DNA from: the human T2T-CHM13v2.0 reference genome, Homo sapiens
Direction: 5' to 3' (one strand)
Assembly: GCF_009914755.1 (NCBI RefSeq)
Contig: NC_060925.1
DNA: 64,000 nucleotides
Below are positions 1 to 13,074 of this stretch, piece by piece. The notes beneath the pieces were generated by a model, which saw nothing but the letters and a program-made list of their open reading frames with translations, was not told the DNA's origin and made no database searches. Each line of letters starts with the position of its first letter. Position 1 is the stretch's first letter. The position numbers and the translations under genes were made by a program.

Positions 1-1639
1 TGGTTTACTGTATGAAAAACACTGTATTTTCAAATGCTCCATCCTGGGCTACCAAATAATAATCACAGAGGTAACTGAAAGTAAGGATGAGTACATGAGG
101 GTACTATTTTAGCATCAGGACTAATAAAATTAAAATCTCATACTTTCTCAAGAGGAGCATTTTCATTAGTCATGGTGGATATGAAGCTGAAACTGGTCTC
201 ATTAGGACTCTGGCTGGAAGTACTTAATTTTTTTTTTTATAACACAACACTTTGGTTATGCATTTTACAAATATTTTACTGCATCAGTATGACTTATATG
301 AGACCAGGGAGGACAAAATAACCTCTAAGATGTCATTCTGGATGAACTGCATTGCATATTCTCTAAGAAATGTCCTTGCCTATTTTGTCTCCATAAATTC
401 TTCAGCCTCCTAGGAAGAGATGGGAAAGCTCTAAGGAGAACTCAAATCATGTGTGCAGTGACCCCATGCAAGATAGAATTAAAATGTGTTCAGTTATAAA
501 ATTGCAGTCCAGTCCAATCTTATTTTTTAAAAATAATTCTACAATTTAAATGCGCTGGCTTGTTTTTACTCTTTGACATTTTCTTTATTCAAGGACTATT
601 GTTTCTGACATAAGAACTGGGAAAGTTAGCAAATAATCAAAATTAGTTCATTTTTAAAGAAACCATCCAACTGCATAGATTTTTCTTTGTAAGGAAAATT
701 ATAGTGTCTGTCATTTCAATGCATTACCAGCCAACCCAATCAAAGTGGACCATGTGGTTATATAAAAAAAATGTAACTGAAGATAAATCTGGGAAAAGCC
801 TTGAGGAGAAAAGTTACTCAGAAACAGGCCATTTTGCAAACTATCCACATTGTGCCTTCAAAAATATCTCTTATTGGAAAATGATATGGAGGGTATCTGT
901 CAATAGACCTGAATATTGCATCATGGAAGACACAGTGTGTAAAATGTAGCAAATGCAAGAACTTTTTTGGAATTTATTTTTTGGGTTTTCCCAATCCACT
1001 TATCCATAAATCATTTGTAATTAGTATAGTCAAGGGAATAGGTACACTACTCATGTGAACTTACGTGCAGTACACCAAAAAGCTATTTGATAAGATTAAT
1101 AATATAGCAGGAGACATGCAGTTTAGATTCATTTAAGTAGTAATGAATCCCATGTAACTTCAAAATTGAAAATGCCCTTTTAGAAACTTTCTGGTGATTG
1201 TGGTCTACGATATTCAGATCTACTTTCTTGTTAAAAGCAATAAAAATTGCTGGTTAAAAATTTCATTTAAAAATTAACTTTGAATTGCTGAAAGAATGAT
1301 GAGGAAATTCCAGGTCAATTTATGGGTGAAAGTCTGTATCCAGACAGGTAGCTAGAATATTGGCATATACAGGCTTCTTATGCCCTTATGCTATTTGTCC
1401 ATGCAACACATTTAGATTTGGGTTAGTGGCTCAGTGGAGTAAGAGGGACAAAAGTCAAGACCCAAGTCATGTTGAAGTTGGAGAGCTTTATGGGATATTC
1501 TCCCTAATTAAGTTGGCACTCAAAGAGCTACAGACTTAGGGCTGAACGAGGACTAAACTCACTCTTTTCCCCTTAATTTTAAGGTGTGTAGAAGAAAGTT
1601 TATCCATGCTGAGCACAGCAGTAGAAGAGAAGGATGTGA

Positions 1640-2095
1640 GGGAAAAATTTAAAACAGAAATCCCTATCTCTGAGATAGCTACAGACTGGTACAGATTTGT
1701 AGCCTGGACATATATAATCTGGGTGAGCGTAGATCTCAAGCCTTGGTTTGAGATAGTGCATGCATAGTAGTATACTAGATGCCTGGCAGAAAGCAAATAC
1801 AAATGCTCTGTGGTGCAAAGAATTACTCATCCTAGGTTGCAGGTTATTTTTCAGGGACAATGATCAGCACGTGTTCAAAGATAACTAGACACCAAAGCAA
1901 ACAAGGTGACATGAGTGATAACTAGCAAAAACAACAGACAACAGCAGAAATAGGTCAGCCCAGATATCATATTTGGGATTATTAGGCATAGATTATAAAA
2001 CAAGTAATATCATCAAGTTCAAAATAATAAACAAAAAGTTCAAAAATATCTATAGGAAATAAAAAACCATAAAAAATGACAAAGAAGAGACTTAG
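1640..2095 (+). mobile_element. Ancient L1M/HAL1-like 5'/ORF1-region fragment
   Basis: A-rich, strand-biased tract resembling old L1M ORF1 starts (aacaacagacaacagcagaaata...cagatatcatatttgggattattaggcatagattataaaaca); same character as 61500-62415. Boundaries approximate. Confidence 0.4.
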
Positions 2096-2642
2096 GGCTT
2101 CAAGTTCTTTCAATGTAACAAAAACCTGGAAAAGAGTAGAAATCACATCACTTCTTATTCCTGGAGCTTCTTCTCTGATTCTGATCAGCAATACAATTTT
2201 CAACATGGTCAATGAATATACCTCAAAGAATCAGGTAACAGAATATATCTTGTTTATGCTGTCTGTGACATAGTTATCTCAGAAAGTCAGTGGAAATAAT
2301 TGTTCATGACCCCTTCTCACACAACATAAACCTCCAAACAAACAAGAATAAACTGAGTTCCATTTAGTTGCTTTTAGCATATAGTAAGTAGAAATATAAA
2401 TAATCACTATTTTATCTTTTTACCACATAGGATGTTATTTTAGCACTTATAGACAGAGGAAGATTCAGGCATAGATGAGACAATCTTATTAGGCAGCCTT
2501 TTTACAAATCTCACTCCTAATAACAAAGACATTCCTATTCAAATTCAGCATTCCTATCATTGAACAGTTCATCTTCTTTTGAGTATTAACTGTTTCTACT
2601 CTAGAATCTTTCTGAACATTCATGTTAGGACATGTTTCCTGA

Positions 2643-2825
2643 ATGTGTGTGTGTGTATGTGTATATAGTATGTATGTATGTGGCATGGTATGCATGTACA
2701 TGGCAGGTGTGTGTGTGGAGTGTGTGTGTGTGTGTGTATCTGGGTGTATGTAGGAGAGGTATATGATTGTGTTTGTATGAGCATGTACCTGAGTGGTATG
2801 TGGTGTGTGCGGTATGGGTATGCTT
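2643..2825. repeat. Degenerate (TG)n / GT-rich low-complexity tract
   Basis: Runs of tgtgtg interspersed with gtat/gtgg; source of the spurious HT/CV-rich ORFs. Confidence 0.9.
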
Positions 2826-3199
2826 GTACCATTTACATTTCTGAAATGGAACTCAGTGCTTTGGGTCATAAATCAGGACTTCCTTCTTTTCTGAGTTTTA
2901 AACTTACTGCTGACAGCCACTTGTAAATAAGTTCCCCTAAATACCCACACACAATGGAAAATAGGGATCTGGACAGCTGGGCTCAATTCCTGCAGGCTTA
3001 TGAGAAATTTGCTCCAATGTATTGAAAAATATTCTCAAACTGAACACTTTGAGCCAAAGACTGAGGCTGTGAAAAGTGATGTTTTCATGGTCCCCCAATA
3101 TTGTGATCTCCTGATCCCAGAAATTTCTGTGACTGAAAGAATACAGACAGCTCGAGAACTTGCATTAATGTTTCTAGGACCAGGCTTAAAGAATCATAC

Positions 3200-3410
3200 T
3201 GTGTGTGTGTGTGTGTGTGGGGGGGGGGTACATGGTATTATGTGTGGTGGTGGTATTTAATGTGTGTGCCCATGTGTGCATTTATGTGTTGCACATGTAT
3301 GCACTGTGGTGCTTATGTGTGTTTTCTGTGTGTGATGTGTGTGTATGTGTGTGTGGTGGCAGTGTATGTGGGTGTGTGTGCTATATGTGTGTTTTGTGGT
3401 ACATACATGC
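3200..3410. repeat. Degenerate (TG)n tract with poly-G
   Basis: (TG)10 at 3200-3219 running into a G tract, then degenerate TG repeats. Confidence 0.9.
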
Positions 3411-3739
3411 TTGCATCCTGTAGGTTGCACTAGGAAGCAATGACTTTGGGGTTCCTGATATGTCCAAATCCCTTTTATTTTGTCAATTCTTTCACTTTCA
3501 AATAAACTTCTGTCAACATGATAAATAAAGCTATTGTTGTAGTACTTTCAATGTAAAATCATTATAAAAAATTGTAAGTAAAATTAGGAAAAGAATGAGT
3601 GATTTTAATTACCGCTGGAATTATTTTAAATGATTTTTTGGAAGGGTAGTTTGGATTCCCTCCAAAAAAGGGTGCAAAGGACCCCTTTGTTGAGGGGTAG
3701 TTGTACCTTCTTAATGATGCTCTGAAGCTGGTTTTTTCA

Positions 3740-3800
3740 AGTTATCTGGCACATAGTGGCAGCTCAATAAATATTTCTTAAATAAATGAATGGATACATT
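3740..3800 (+). mobile_element. L2 3' end fragment
   Basis: tctggcacatagtggcagctcaataaatatttcttaaataaatgaatgga matches the L2 3' terminus. Confidence 0.65.
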
Positions 3801-3814
3801 AGTGATAGAATTAG

Positions 3815-4010
3815 TCCCTGTGCCTCAGGTTTCTTATCTGTAAAGTAGGAATAAGAATAATACCTACCTCTTATTTAAAGTATAATAATAATAAAAAAAA
3901 AGAATAATACCTACCTCTTGCAGACGCGAGAATTGAAAGAGTGAGTGCAAGTAAAATCCTTAGTATAGTTTCTGGCACATAGAAAATACAATGTAAATTG
4001 TATTACTATT
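3815..4010 (+). mobile_element. MIR SINE (3' half), interrupted by a tiny L1 tail
   Basis: ctgtgcctcaggtttcttatctgtaaagtaggaataagaataatacctacctc MIR core; continues to tctggcacatag. Confidence 0.75.
3873..3899 (+). mobile_element. Extremely 5'-truncated L1PA 3' tail (27 bp) with 20-bp TSD
   Basis: atttaaagtataataataataaaaaaa resembles the L1PA end (acttaaagtataataataa-polyA); exact flanking repeat aagaataatacctacctctt at 3853-3872 and 3900-3919. Confidence 0.75.
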
Positions 4011-5783
4011 ACAACTTATTATTACAATTTAACAATAATTGAGTTGTTATTATGGTCATGGTAATTGCTTTCATTCTATGTGAATAGGAGACTAAGGTAT
4101 TGGAATGTTTCAATTTTCAGATCACGCATCTAATTATGTCTTTAAGAAATGGTCAGGTTGACTTGGTTGTTATCTGCCTCTCCTTACCCTGTATTTGGGG
4201 GAGAATTTCTGCATATAGGAAAAGTGAGAAAGTTGTGTCCAAGTCTCTAACAGCTCGTATGGAGTCAAAACCCATGATCTTGGGCAAGGGTTTCTTGGAA
4301 AGTCCTCTGATTGTCAGGAGCACCCACTTTCTGGTCAACTTTCCAACTTTCTTAATTCCAGGAACCCCCTGTGCTGAGCTCCCTTGTAATCTGGGAAGAA
4401 AATGGTTTTCATCTGCCTGGAAAGAGTACGTGTGACCTGAACAAATCAATCTTGCAGCCGTCACATTCTCTGCTGCAGGAGCAATTATTCATCTCTTTTC
4501 CTAGCTGATTGTTGCAGAGCTGAGAATAGCAGGCACTGAACAAATGGGATCAACATGAACAGAACTCAAGAGCTTTGGGGAAAGTGCGGCCCAGGGCTGA
4601 AGAGCACCACCCTTCCCTTCCTCAGCATCACATTGGCCTCTAGTGGCTCACAAGCAACTGACAGACGGCTCAATCATTTCCTCAGGGCCAGCGCGCCAGC
4701 TGGCTTTGACATTAGTGCTCAGGCCCTGACTGACAGGGGACTTGTCCTTGGCTGTGCCCTGGAGGGCTGTGAGAGTCTATTCAAACTCCTCCTTTAGCTT
4801 GTTGATTTACTGTCCCTCTTGGCTGGTTGTTGATCCATTTTTCCTCTCCGTTTGCTCACAGGGCACCCCAGAAACCATCCTCTAGTAATATATTTGGTTT
4901 ATGATTTCCTTAGGACCTAAGGAAGAAAAACAACCTCAGCAGTGCACCTGTTGTATTTTAATGTGCACAAGGCCCTTCAGCTAGGAAGGCACAGAAAGAA
5001 AGACTGTACAGGTCCCAGGGCCATATGGAGCTCACATTATTCTATCAGGATACCAGCAGAAGCTGCATTAGGTCCCTTTGAAATATACTTGTTATTTTAT
5101 TTATAGCTCTGTTTGGAGCCTGCTGCCTATATGTCTGACTTTGGCCAATGTACCACTAAAGAGTATGATTCCAAACAGCAATTATCAGGGAGACAACGAT
5201 GACCTAGAAGCAACCTGTGTGCACTGCAAGATGTGTGGGAGGCCTGCTCCACCACAGCTGAGGTTTAAGGGCAAATACAACCAGTTCATTAGTGACTTCC
5301 TATCAGGCACAAAAGTTGGGTCACGTGCCCCCTGCCCAATGCTTAAGAGATACTCAGCTGGTCTTGAAGGAAGTCAGTCCAGGAGAAATCAAGTCTCCTC
5401 TGCTTCTTCTTCTAATTTCTTTTCTATCAGACATCCATGGAGGTTTGCTTGGAATAATGAGCTTAGGGAATACATTTATTTTTTAGTATGGACTGGGACT
5501 ATTTAGGGAGTGGGCAATATTCACCCAAAAGATAGGAAGCAAACTGGTGTCTGACCTTTTTGGATTAGGTGTGGATTTTAAGGGCTAAATAAGTCTTCTC
5601 TCTGTCTCATTTTCCTTGAATTTAAAGTGAAAATTGAAAGGAAGTAAGAGGGATTGGGGCATAGAAAAAGGGAGGTGCCGTAAATGTGTACCACTTGCAG
5701 GTGTATGTGTATGTGGGAGACAGGTGAAAGTGTATTAAAGAGTAGTCTGGCCTGCCTGTAATTTCTGGATTTAAACCTTATAC

Positions 5784-5970
5784 CAGTGGTTCTTAAAGTG
5801 AAGTTCCAAACCAACATTATCAGTACCACCTGGAAACATGTTAGGAATTCAAATGTTTCAGGCCCTGCCCCAGACCCACCGAGACAGAAACTCTGGGGGT
5901 GAAGTTGGGTGATCTGTTTTATCGCGTCCTCCCGGTGATCCTGCTACACACTCAAGCACAAGGGCAACTG
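5784..5970 (+). mobile_element. MER5A (hAT-Charlie non-autonomous DNA transposon)
   Basis: cagtggttcttaaagtg...aggccctgccccagacccaccgagacagaaactctgggggtg...gcaactg; about 187 bp with decayed TIRs. Confidence 0.85.
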
Positions 5971-6947
5971 CTCTACACCAACAATATTTTATTAATCATC
6001 TATTTATTTTTAACTATAGAGGAGAACATTAGCTAGGGAGAAAGAAGTACCATGCTTAGGACAGAAGAGGACTTTCAGCACAGGAATGACAATGGTGCCA
6101 AGTATTTTCACAAGGAATAAAATAATAGTACAAACTATGTAAAATTATCTCTGACTGCTTTGATCCAGGCAAAAGAAGGGTGTTATTTTCTCCATTTATG
6201 AACAACAACAACAGCAATGTGTCTGTCTTCTTCACAGTGATAGGAAACTCTGAAAGGCTCATTTTTGAGATACATCCCATAAGCCATGTTTCTGAAACGG
6301 TACAGTGAAATGCAGTGAAAGTCTGATAATAAGCTATCCTTCTAAGGAGGCTGTTTACTCCTGTCCCAGAGTATAGACATAGACAGTAAGATAGGGTGTT
6401 TTATCTCAAAGGGTTCACATTGTCATATGCACTGCAATCGACATTCTAAGCTGTTGCAGCTCCTATACCCTATGGAAAGTTGTGTGAAGCAGCATGTTTA
6501 AACAAACTAAAACTGTCTGAATCTCCTGACAGATCCTTTAGCGATAGCAGGTGGGCTAGAGGTGGACATTGTGGGACTCTAACCAAGTTTGTCTGTGGAA
6601 AATCTTATTACATATGGAAGTTCCCAGCCCTCATGACCCTGCCATCAGCTGGCTTTGTAATCTTGGGTGGTAAATGAGTCTTTGTTTCCTTTTCTGTAAA
6701 ATGGAGCATGTGGACAAGAGAACCTGTAAGATTCTTTGATAGTCTGTGGTTACCCACTTCTCCTAGAGTCCCTGAGTTAGTTAATGGGAGTAAAATGATC
6801 CTTCTGTGTGGAAGTTAAGTCTCTTTACTCACCTGAACGTGTAAAATTGCCACTGCTACCTGGAATACTTAATTTAGGCCCTGGTGAGTTGAATAAATAT
6901 TTATAAGAAATAGATTCATGACTGGTCCTGGCTGCCAATGTCATCTT

Positions 6948-7271
6948 TCATTTTGCTTTATTTTATTTTATTTATTTTGAGACGGAGTCTTGCTCTTTTC
7001 GCCCAGGCTGGAGTGCAATGGTGCGATCTAGGCTCACAGCAAACTTCACCTCCTAGGTTTGAATGATTCTCCTGCCTCAGCCTCCCCAGTAGCTGTGATT
7101 ACAGGCAGCCACCACCATGCCCAGCTAATTTTTTTTTTGTTGTTGTATTTTTAGCAGAGACACGGTTTCACCATGTTGGCCAGGCTGGTCTTGAACTCCT
7201 GACCTCAGGTCATCTGCCCGCCTCAGTTTCCCAAAGTGCTGGGATTACAGGCTTGAGCCATGCACCCGATC
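6948..7271 (-). mobile_element. AluS (Sq/Sx-like)
   Basis: Full dimer in antisense; TSD ccaatgtcatctt at 6935-6947 and 7272-7284. Confidence 0.95.
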
Positions 7272-7921
7272 CCAATGTCATCTTAACATATAACTTGCTG
7301 ACAGTAGTTACCATAGAGTATACTGAAGAAAGATATACTTAACAGGAGTTGCTTTGATCAGAATCCAGTCTCTATACCTGGACACAATAGTAGAGTTAGG
7401 CTGAGAATAAGGTAAGGCTTTTATATGGGGCAACTATGCCAAGCCAAACTTTCTCCCATGCTTTAGGGAGGAGGGTTTGGAATGCATCCTGCTGCAGTCT
7501 GCCCTTCGGGTGTCTACATAATGGCCTGCAGGTGCTAATCAACACACCTGCAAAGTCCTGTCAACACACACCCTGACAACTTTTAATAATCTCCAGCTGA
7601 AACCATCCTAGGTCCTGGGAGAATGCTGCCCTCTTAACATCTGGGAGGAATCTCAACTTTAATGCCAGGTCCAAAAGACTCACCCTCAGGAAACTCCCAG
7701 GTACTAAAGGTCCATTCTTGGGAGGCTCTGGTCTTTGCCACAGTTTAAGGCTGATGCCTCAAACCTTGGCGCTCCCAATTCAGGCTTAATTATTTGATTC
7801 AGTCTCTGTGGGTTACCCAGCCATGGCTTATGGTCATCTTGTGAAACTCGGTGAAGAAAACCAAAGGACTTACGTAAGGCTATCAGCTAGAAAAGGAAAG
7901 GAATTGCTCCTAAGATCAGAT

Positions 7922-8018
7922 GGGAGGAAAAAGGAGAGAAATAGGAAGAGAAGAAGAGAGGTGAAGGGATGGGGGAGACAGAGAGAGAGTAAGGGAGAGA
8001 GAGAATGAGAAAGAGAAA
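7922..8018. repeat. GA-rich low-complexity tract
   Basis: Nearly pure purine run. Confidence 0.8.
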
Positions 8019-8223
8019 TGAACCATGCACTTCAGGATTAGTGGGCAAGTGTAGCTGGAAAAATTTCAGATCCTTTATTGGGCTCAAGCAAAAACTCCTT
8101 TAAATATTCTGTTTCATCTTGTGTTTGCCTGAGATTCGTGGCTACAGAAAAGCAAGTCAATATCAGTATGGATGTGTGTATTTCCTGGGGAAAGGTCAGA
8201 TTTGTTCATCTATTATTGTTACC

Positions 8224-8685
8224 TGTGTTAGTTTGCTAGAATTTCCATTAAAAAGTACTACAGAGTGGGTTGCTTCAACAACAAACATTTATTTCTCATG
8301 GTTCTGAAGGCCAGAAGTGTGAGATCAAGGTGTTGATGGGCTTGTGTCTTCTGAGGGCTGGGAGACAGAATCTGTTTCATGCCTCTCTTTTAACTTCTGG
8401 TAGTTTGCTAGCATATTTTGGCATTCTTGGCTTGTGGACACGCAACCCCAATCTCATACTCACATGCCATTCATGTTCACGTGTCCTTCCCCCTATATGC
8501 ATATCTGTTTCTGTGTCCAAATTTTCCCCTTTTGTAAGGACACCAGTCATACTGGATTAGAACCCAATTTATGACCTAATTTTAACTTAATCATCCCTGT
8601 AAATACTTTCTAAATAAAGTCACATTCTGATGTAGATTAGGTTTTCAACATGAGAATTTTCACAGAAACAACGCAACCCATAACA
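8224..8685 (-). mobile_element. MLT1C-like MaLR solo LTR
   Basis: TG...CA termini (tgtgttagtttgct...caacccataaca), typical aaacatttatttctcatggttctgaaggccagaagtgtgagatcaagg; 5-bp TSD ttacc at 8219-8223 and 8686-8690. Confidence 0.85.
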
Positions 8686-8695
8686 TTACCTTTCT

Positions 8696-9072
<377 letters not shown>

Positions 9073-9182
9073 TTAGTGGGAAAGAGTTCAAATCTCATTT
9101 AGTGATCAAGCTGCCTCTGATCAGTCTGTGTCATTATTGGGAGAGTTCAATCTAATTTTAGATTTAAGATGAGCTGAACTGG

Positions 9183-10023
9183 TGAAGCAGATTGCATTTT
9201 TCAAAGAGCTAAAGCATCTCTCTCCCCAAATATTCTTCTACAATATGGCTGTGCCACTCCCTATCAAAAAGTGGAGTCTAATTCCTCTCCCCCTCAATCA
9301 TGGCTATTCTTTGTGACTCTAGAAAGCAGTGCAAATACTGTTCTGGAACTTCTGAAGCTAGGGCCCGTAAGAAGTCTTACAGCTTCCATATGTACCTCTT
9401 GGTGGGTTGGCTTAGTCTAGAAATGCCCTCGTTTAAATGCCTTCTTCCTGTAGGGAAGCTCAGGAATCCAGTGGAAGGCCCATGTGAGGGAAATGAAGAC
9501 CCCTTAGCTGAGCTTCCAGTTGACCATCAGTATCGACTGCCAGCCATCTGAGGGAACAATTTTGAATGTCTTGCCCAGTGAGCCTTCAGAGTGCAGCCCC
9601 AGCTGATATTGATTCAAACAACTCATGAGAGATTCCCAGGGGAGAACCATGGAGCTCAGCCTCTGTCAAACCACAGAACTCGGCCACATACAGCTTTACC
9701 TAGGAGTATAAGAGTTGCAACAGCTTAGAATGTAGCTGGCGGTGGGCATGACTATGTGGCCTCTTTGAGTTAAAACACACTCTTCCACCTTGCTGTCTAT
9801 GTCTATGAGCTGGGACAGGAATAACAACCTCATTAGAGGGATACCTTATTACCAGATTTTCACTGTATTTGGTGTTCCATTTGAAGAACATGGCCTATGG
9901 GATGTATCTCAAAAGTGAGCCTTTTAGTGTTCCCTAATGCTGTGGAGCAGATAGACACGTTGCTGTTGTTATTTCAAGTCATAAAGTTTTGGGGTGGTTT
10001 GTTACACAGCAATCAATAGAACA
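9183..10023 (+). mobile_element. MLT1G/H-like MaLR LTR split by a 285-bp non-LTR insert (9685-9970)
   Basis: 5' part (ccactccctatcaaaaagtggagtctaattcctctcccc...ccacagaact) and 3' end (aagttttggggtggtttgttacacagcaat...aca) flank foreign sequence. Confidence 0.7.
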
Positions 10024-11344
10024 GTTGCCTATGGTGTTTGAAAAAAGAAGGGGCTCCTAATTTTCTAAGCTGTATTCTTAATATTTTATAGACTCACTTT
10101 ATGCCTCTGCTTTTATAAAGCATTTTCATACTCCTTGTATTTTACAAGAAAAATTAAGATACAACTATTTGCTTTGCCAGAAACTTCTTTATTGTGCAAA
10201 ATGAAAAATAATCTTTGTAAAAATGTACATGGGTCACTACATGGCAATACATATTTTGATAGGAAGAATTCTTTGATATTTTATAAAAAGTTTTTCTGAT
10301 TTGTTTTTCACAGATGATTATAGAATCCTGAGTCTAAGTTCTTGAGAGCCTTGGATTTGGGATCTGAAATCCAGTCCAGGAAGTGCTTTCACATTTATTA
10401 AAACCAAGAATGGACAGAGTGTCTCTTTAAAAAAAAATTTACAATATGTTTTATGTAGAAATGATAGATTCAAGTACTTTTCAAAAATGTGAGTAGCTTA
10501 CTATTTTTAAAAGAAAAGATAGGTGAATTAAAAGTATATAAGTTTTCTGCATGTGCTCAATAATTAAACAAGGAGGGAGAGAGAATAAAAGAAAAGTGGG
10601 GAGGAAAAGGTGCTGGTGTGTGATACCTTTGAGTTTTATCAAAATGGAGATATTTGGGATGGAATTTGTTGTACTAGACTACTCTAACATGCCATTTTGG
10701 TATGTGCCTTAAGGAGGGAGAGATTCATGGCACACATTTATGGAGGAAATCCTGATACAGGGTTTCTAAATTCCTGAGCTGTGTGGTGGGAGGAACTATT
10801 AGGTAATTTATACTTCAGATATGGAACATTAATCTCAGTTTAACAGCAGGCTTAGTGAAACAGCAATCTTTTTTTTTATAAAGAGGGACTTAATTTATAA
10901 TTTTCTTAGCAGGAGCATTAAAGAAATGATATGCAATCATCAAATTATGTGCCCAGAAAGAATTATTAACAAAATGTGAACCATCTCCTAGATAGAGAAT
11001 TATTCAGTTGATTATAATTTAGTCTCTTTAGCCTGAATGGTGATTCACAAAACTAATGGCATGTCTTCATGGTCTTGTGTAGAAGGAGCAAAGGGAGGAG
11101 AGTGGAGGAAGAGAATAGAAAGCACAAAGACAGACAGATAGCAGCTTTCACAATTGTTAGCAATTTCATGAAGTCCCAAACTAGAATATATAGATATGGA
11201 TTTAATTCATGAATATGCATGAATATACGTGGCCCTTCAACTAGGCTTGGGAATGCCCAGTGATGGCTTTCACTGAATCCAGTTTTCTAATCCTCTGCCA
11301 TGACACAAACTTAAACTAATCAAGCAATCAACTGACCAACAACA

Positions 11345-11725
11345 AATAGATTCACTCATTCATCAATGTATTTTAATTGAGCACTGACTATGCACAGCAC
11401 ACTTGGTTAGGCTTGCACTGCCATGGAGAGAAACACTCGTACACACATGAAGATTATCATCTAGTAGGGTAAGTTTCAAACAAATACAGAAAGAGATTGT
11501 AATGTTGAAGCTGAATGAGTTCCCTGAAGACGGTTTATATATGTTTATGAAAAACATAATAAAGATATTAAGCATAGTCAAGAAATGAAGGAAAGATCTC
11601 TTTCTCTCACTACAAAGCGACAACTGGCCTCAGAAATAGGCTGAGTAGGAGATAACTAGGTAAAGAGGGGAGGAAAGAGTGTTCTAGACAGAAGAGTAGC
11701 ATGTACCAAGACCTATGGAGTCAAA
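11345..11725 (-). mobile_element. L2 fragments
   Basis: ttcactcattcatcaatgtattttaattgagcactgactatgc and ggaggaaagagtgttctagacagaagagtagcatgtaccaagacc. Confidence 0.65.
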
Positions 11726-12288
11726 AACTGCCATAGGCAGTCCAAGGCAGGCCCCTGGGGCTGAATTCACTGCATGCACCCCACCTCCAGGTCCAACTCA
11801 TGGCTCCCTCTTTTGTCTCCCACAGTCCAGCCATCTAGGGCTTTTAGTAGCAGGAAAGATAATCCTTGGTTCCTGGCACATTTTCGTCATTGCCCTCAGC
11901 AAGGGTTCTCTTGCTTTGAACTTTATAGGTGTGTCTATATGTATTCAGTTACTTTTTGCATGTATTTATTCTCCATTGCCCACTGGCTCTCTTCAGGATT
12001 TGTTATGTGTCCTTCAAATTGTATGTATCCTGAAATAGTGTTGTTTTCTGTATGTATGGATGAATTTTTAAATTTTCATAAAAATTATTGCACTATAAAT
12101 TTCGTAGTTTCTTAATTTTGCTTTAAAGAAAGCATTGCTTTTAAATCTATTCATGGTGCCATGTATTCCACGTGCCATGTCTAACTTCTGTGTAGTATTT
12201 CTGGGTAAGCTTCCATCACATTCTGCTTACCCATTCCTTGAGGTACCTTTTCCTGATACCACAAAATCCTGGGGTGAACCTCCTCCTC

Positions 12289-13070
12289 TGGATCAGCCAG
12301 CATTCAGTTAGAGAAGCAGATGCACTAGGAAGGATATAAAATAAGGAGTTTATTATCAGGTCTTGAACTTATGCCATTTTTATAGCTGGTTAAATGGCTT
12401 ATATACAGTTGTTGTTTCTGTAGGTGGTACTGGGGCTGAAGTCAGCAGGGCAGGGAGCTGGGAAGGAAAGACAGACAGAAAGTAAGGGAAAGCAAAGACT
12501 CACTGGAAACTGCAAGGATGACCTGAACCTCTCTTGCTGCCTCCAAGCTTCTTGATGGTGTGGTGACTGCAGGAGAAGCTGGAGCCCATTGTGGTGGAAC
12601 TAAACACCTATCTGGCCCAGGATTTGGAGGAGGAGGAGGAGGAGGAGGAGGGGAATGAGGAGGAGGAGGAGGAGAACAAAGAGAAGAAGGAGGAGGAGGA
12701 GGAGAAGGAGGAGGAGGAGGAGGAGGAGGAGAAAAAAAGTTGGAGGGGTGTAAGCTCAGCTGTTTCCCAGGAGGTGGAGGTGCTCATTGCTGGCCTAGGA
12801 TGGAGAAGGTGAAGGAGAAAATCTGGCAGGAACTGCAGGAACTGCGGCCAGCAAGGTGAGCCAGCACATCAGGGACGATATGCATAAGCTCCTGTAGGCC
12901 TGGTGCCCTACACAGAATTTCCAAATGGAATAGGTTATGTTAGCTGCTTCCTTTCTGTCTTCCAGATCTTATGTGAAATGTCCCCAAGGCCCAGATTAAT
13001 TCAGAATTATAGAAGAGAATTCTAGGAAAAGTAGTTGTATCTTAGTTGTCACAGTTCAAATCCACTGTGC
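12289..13070 (-). mobile_element. Old ERVL-class LTR (family not resolved), inserted in an L1M relic
   Basis: gagaagcagatgcactaggaaggatata...ggagtttattat...gggctgaagtcagcagggcagggagctggg motifs typical of antisense ERVL LTRs; L1M-like sequence on both sides. Confidence 0.5.
12627..12731. repeat. Interrupted (GAG)n trinucleotide repeat
   Basis: About 35 GAG/GAA/AAG triplets; produces the poly-Glu ORF 12591-12812. Confidence 0.95.
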
Positions 13071-13074
13071 ACAC

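Noticed and set aside
2489-3433. His/Thr- and Cys/Val-rich ORFs
   Set aside because: Translations of (TG)n/(CA)n low-complexity DNA.
4100-5506. Non-repeat ORFs of 80-142 aa
   Set aside because: No recognisable domain, several non-ATG starts and no consistent splice structure; within chance expectation.
12591-12812. Poly-Glu ORF
   Set aside because: Produced by a GAG microsatellite inside an LTR.
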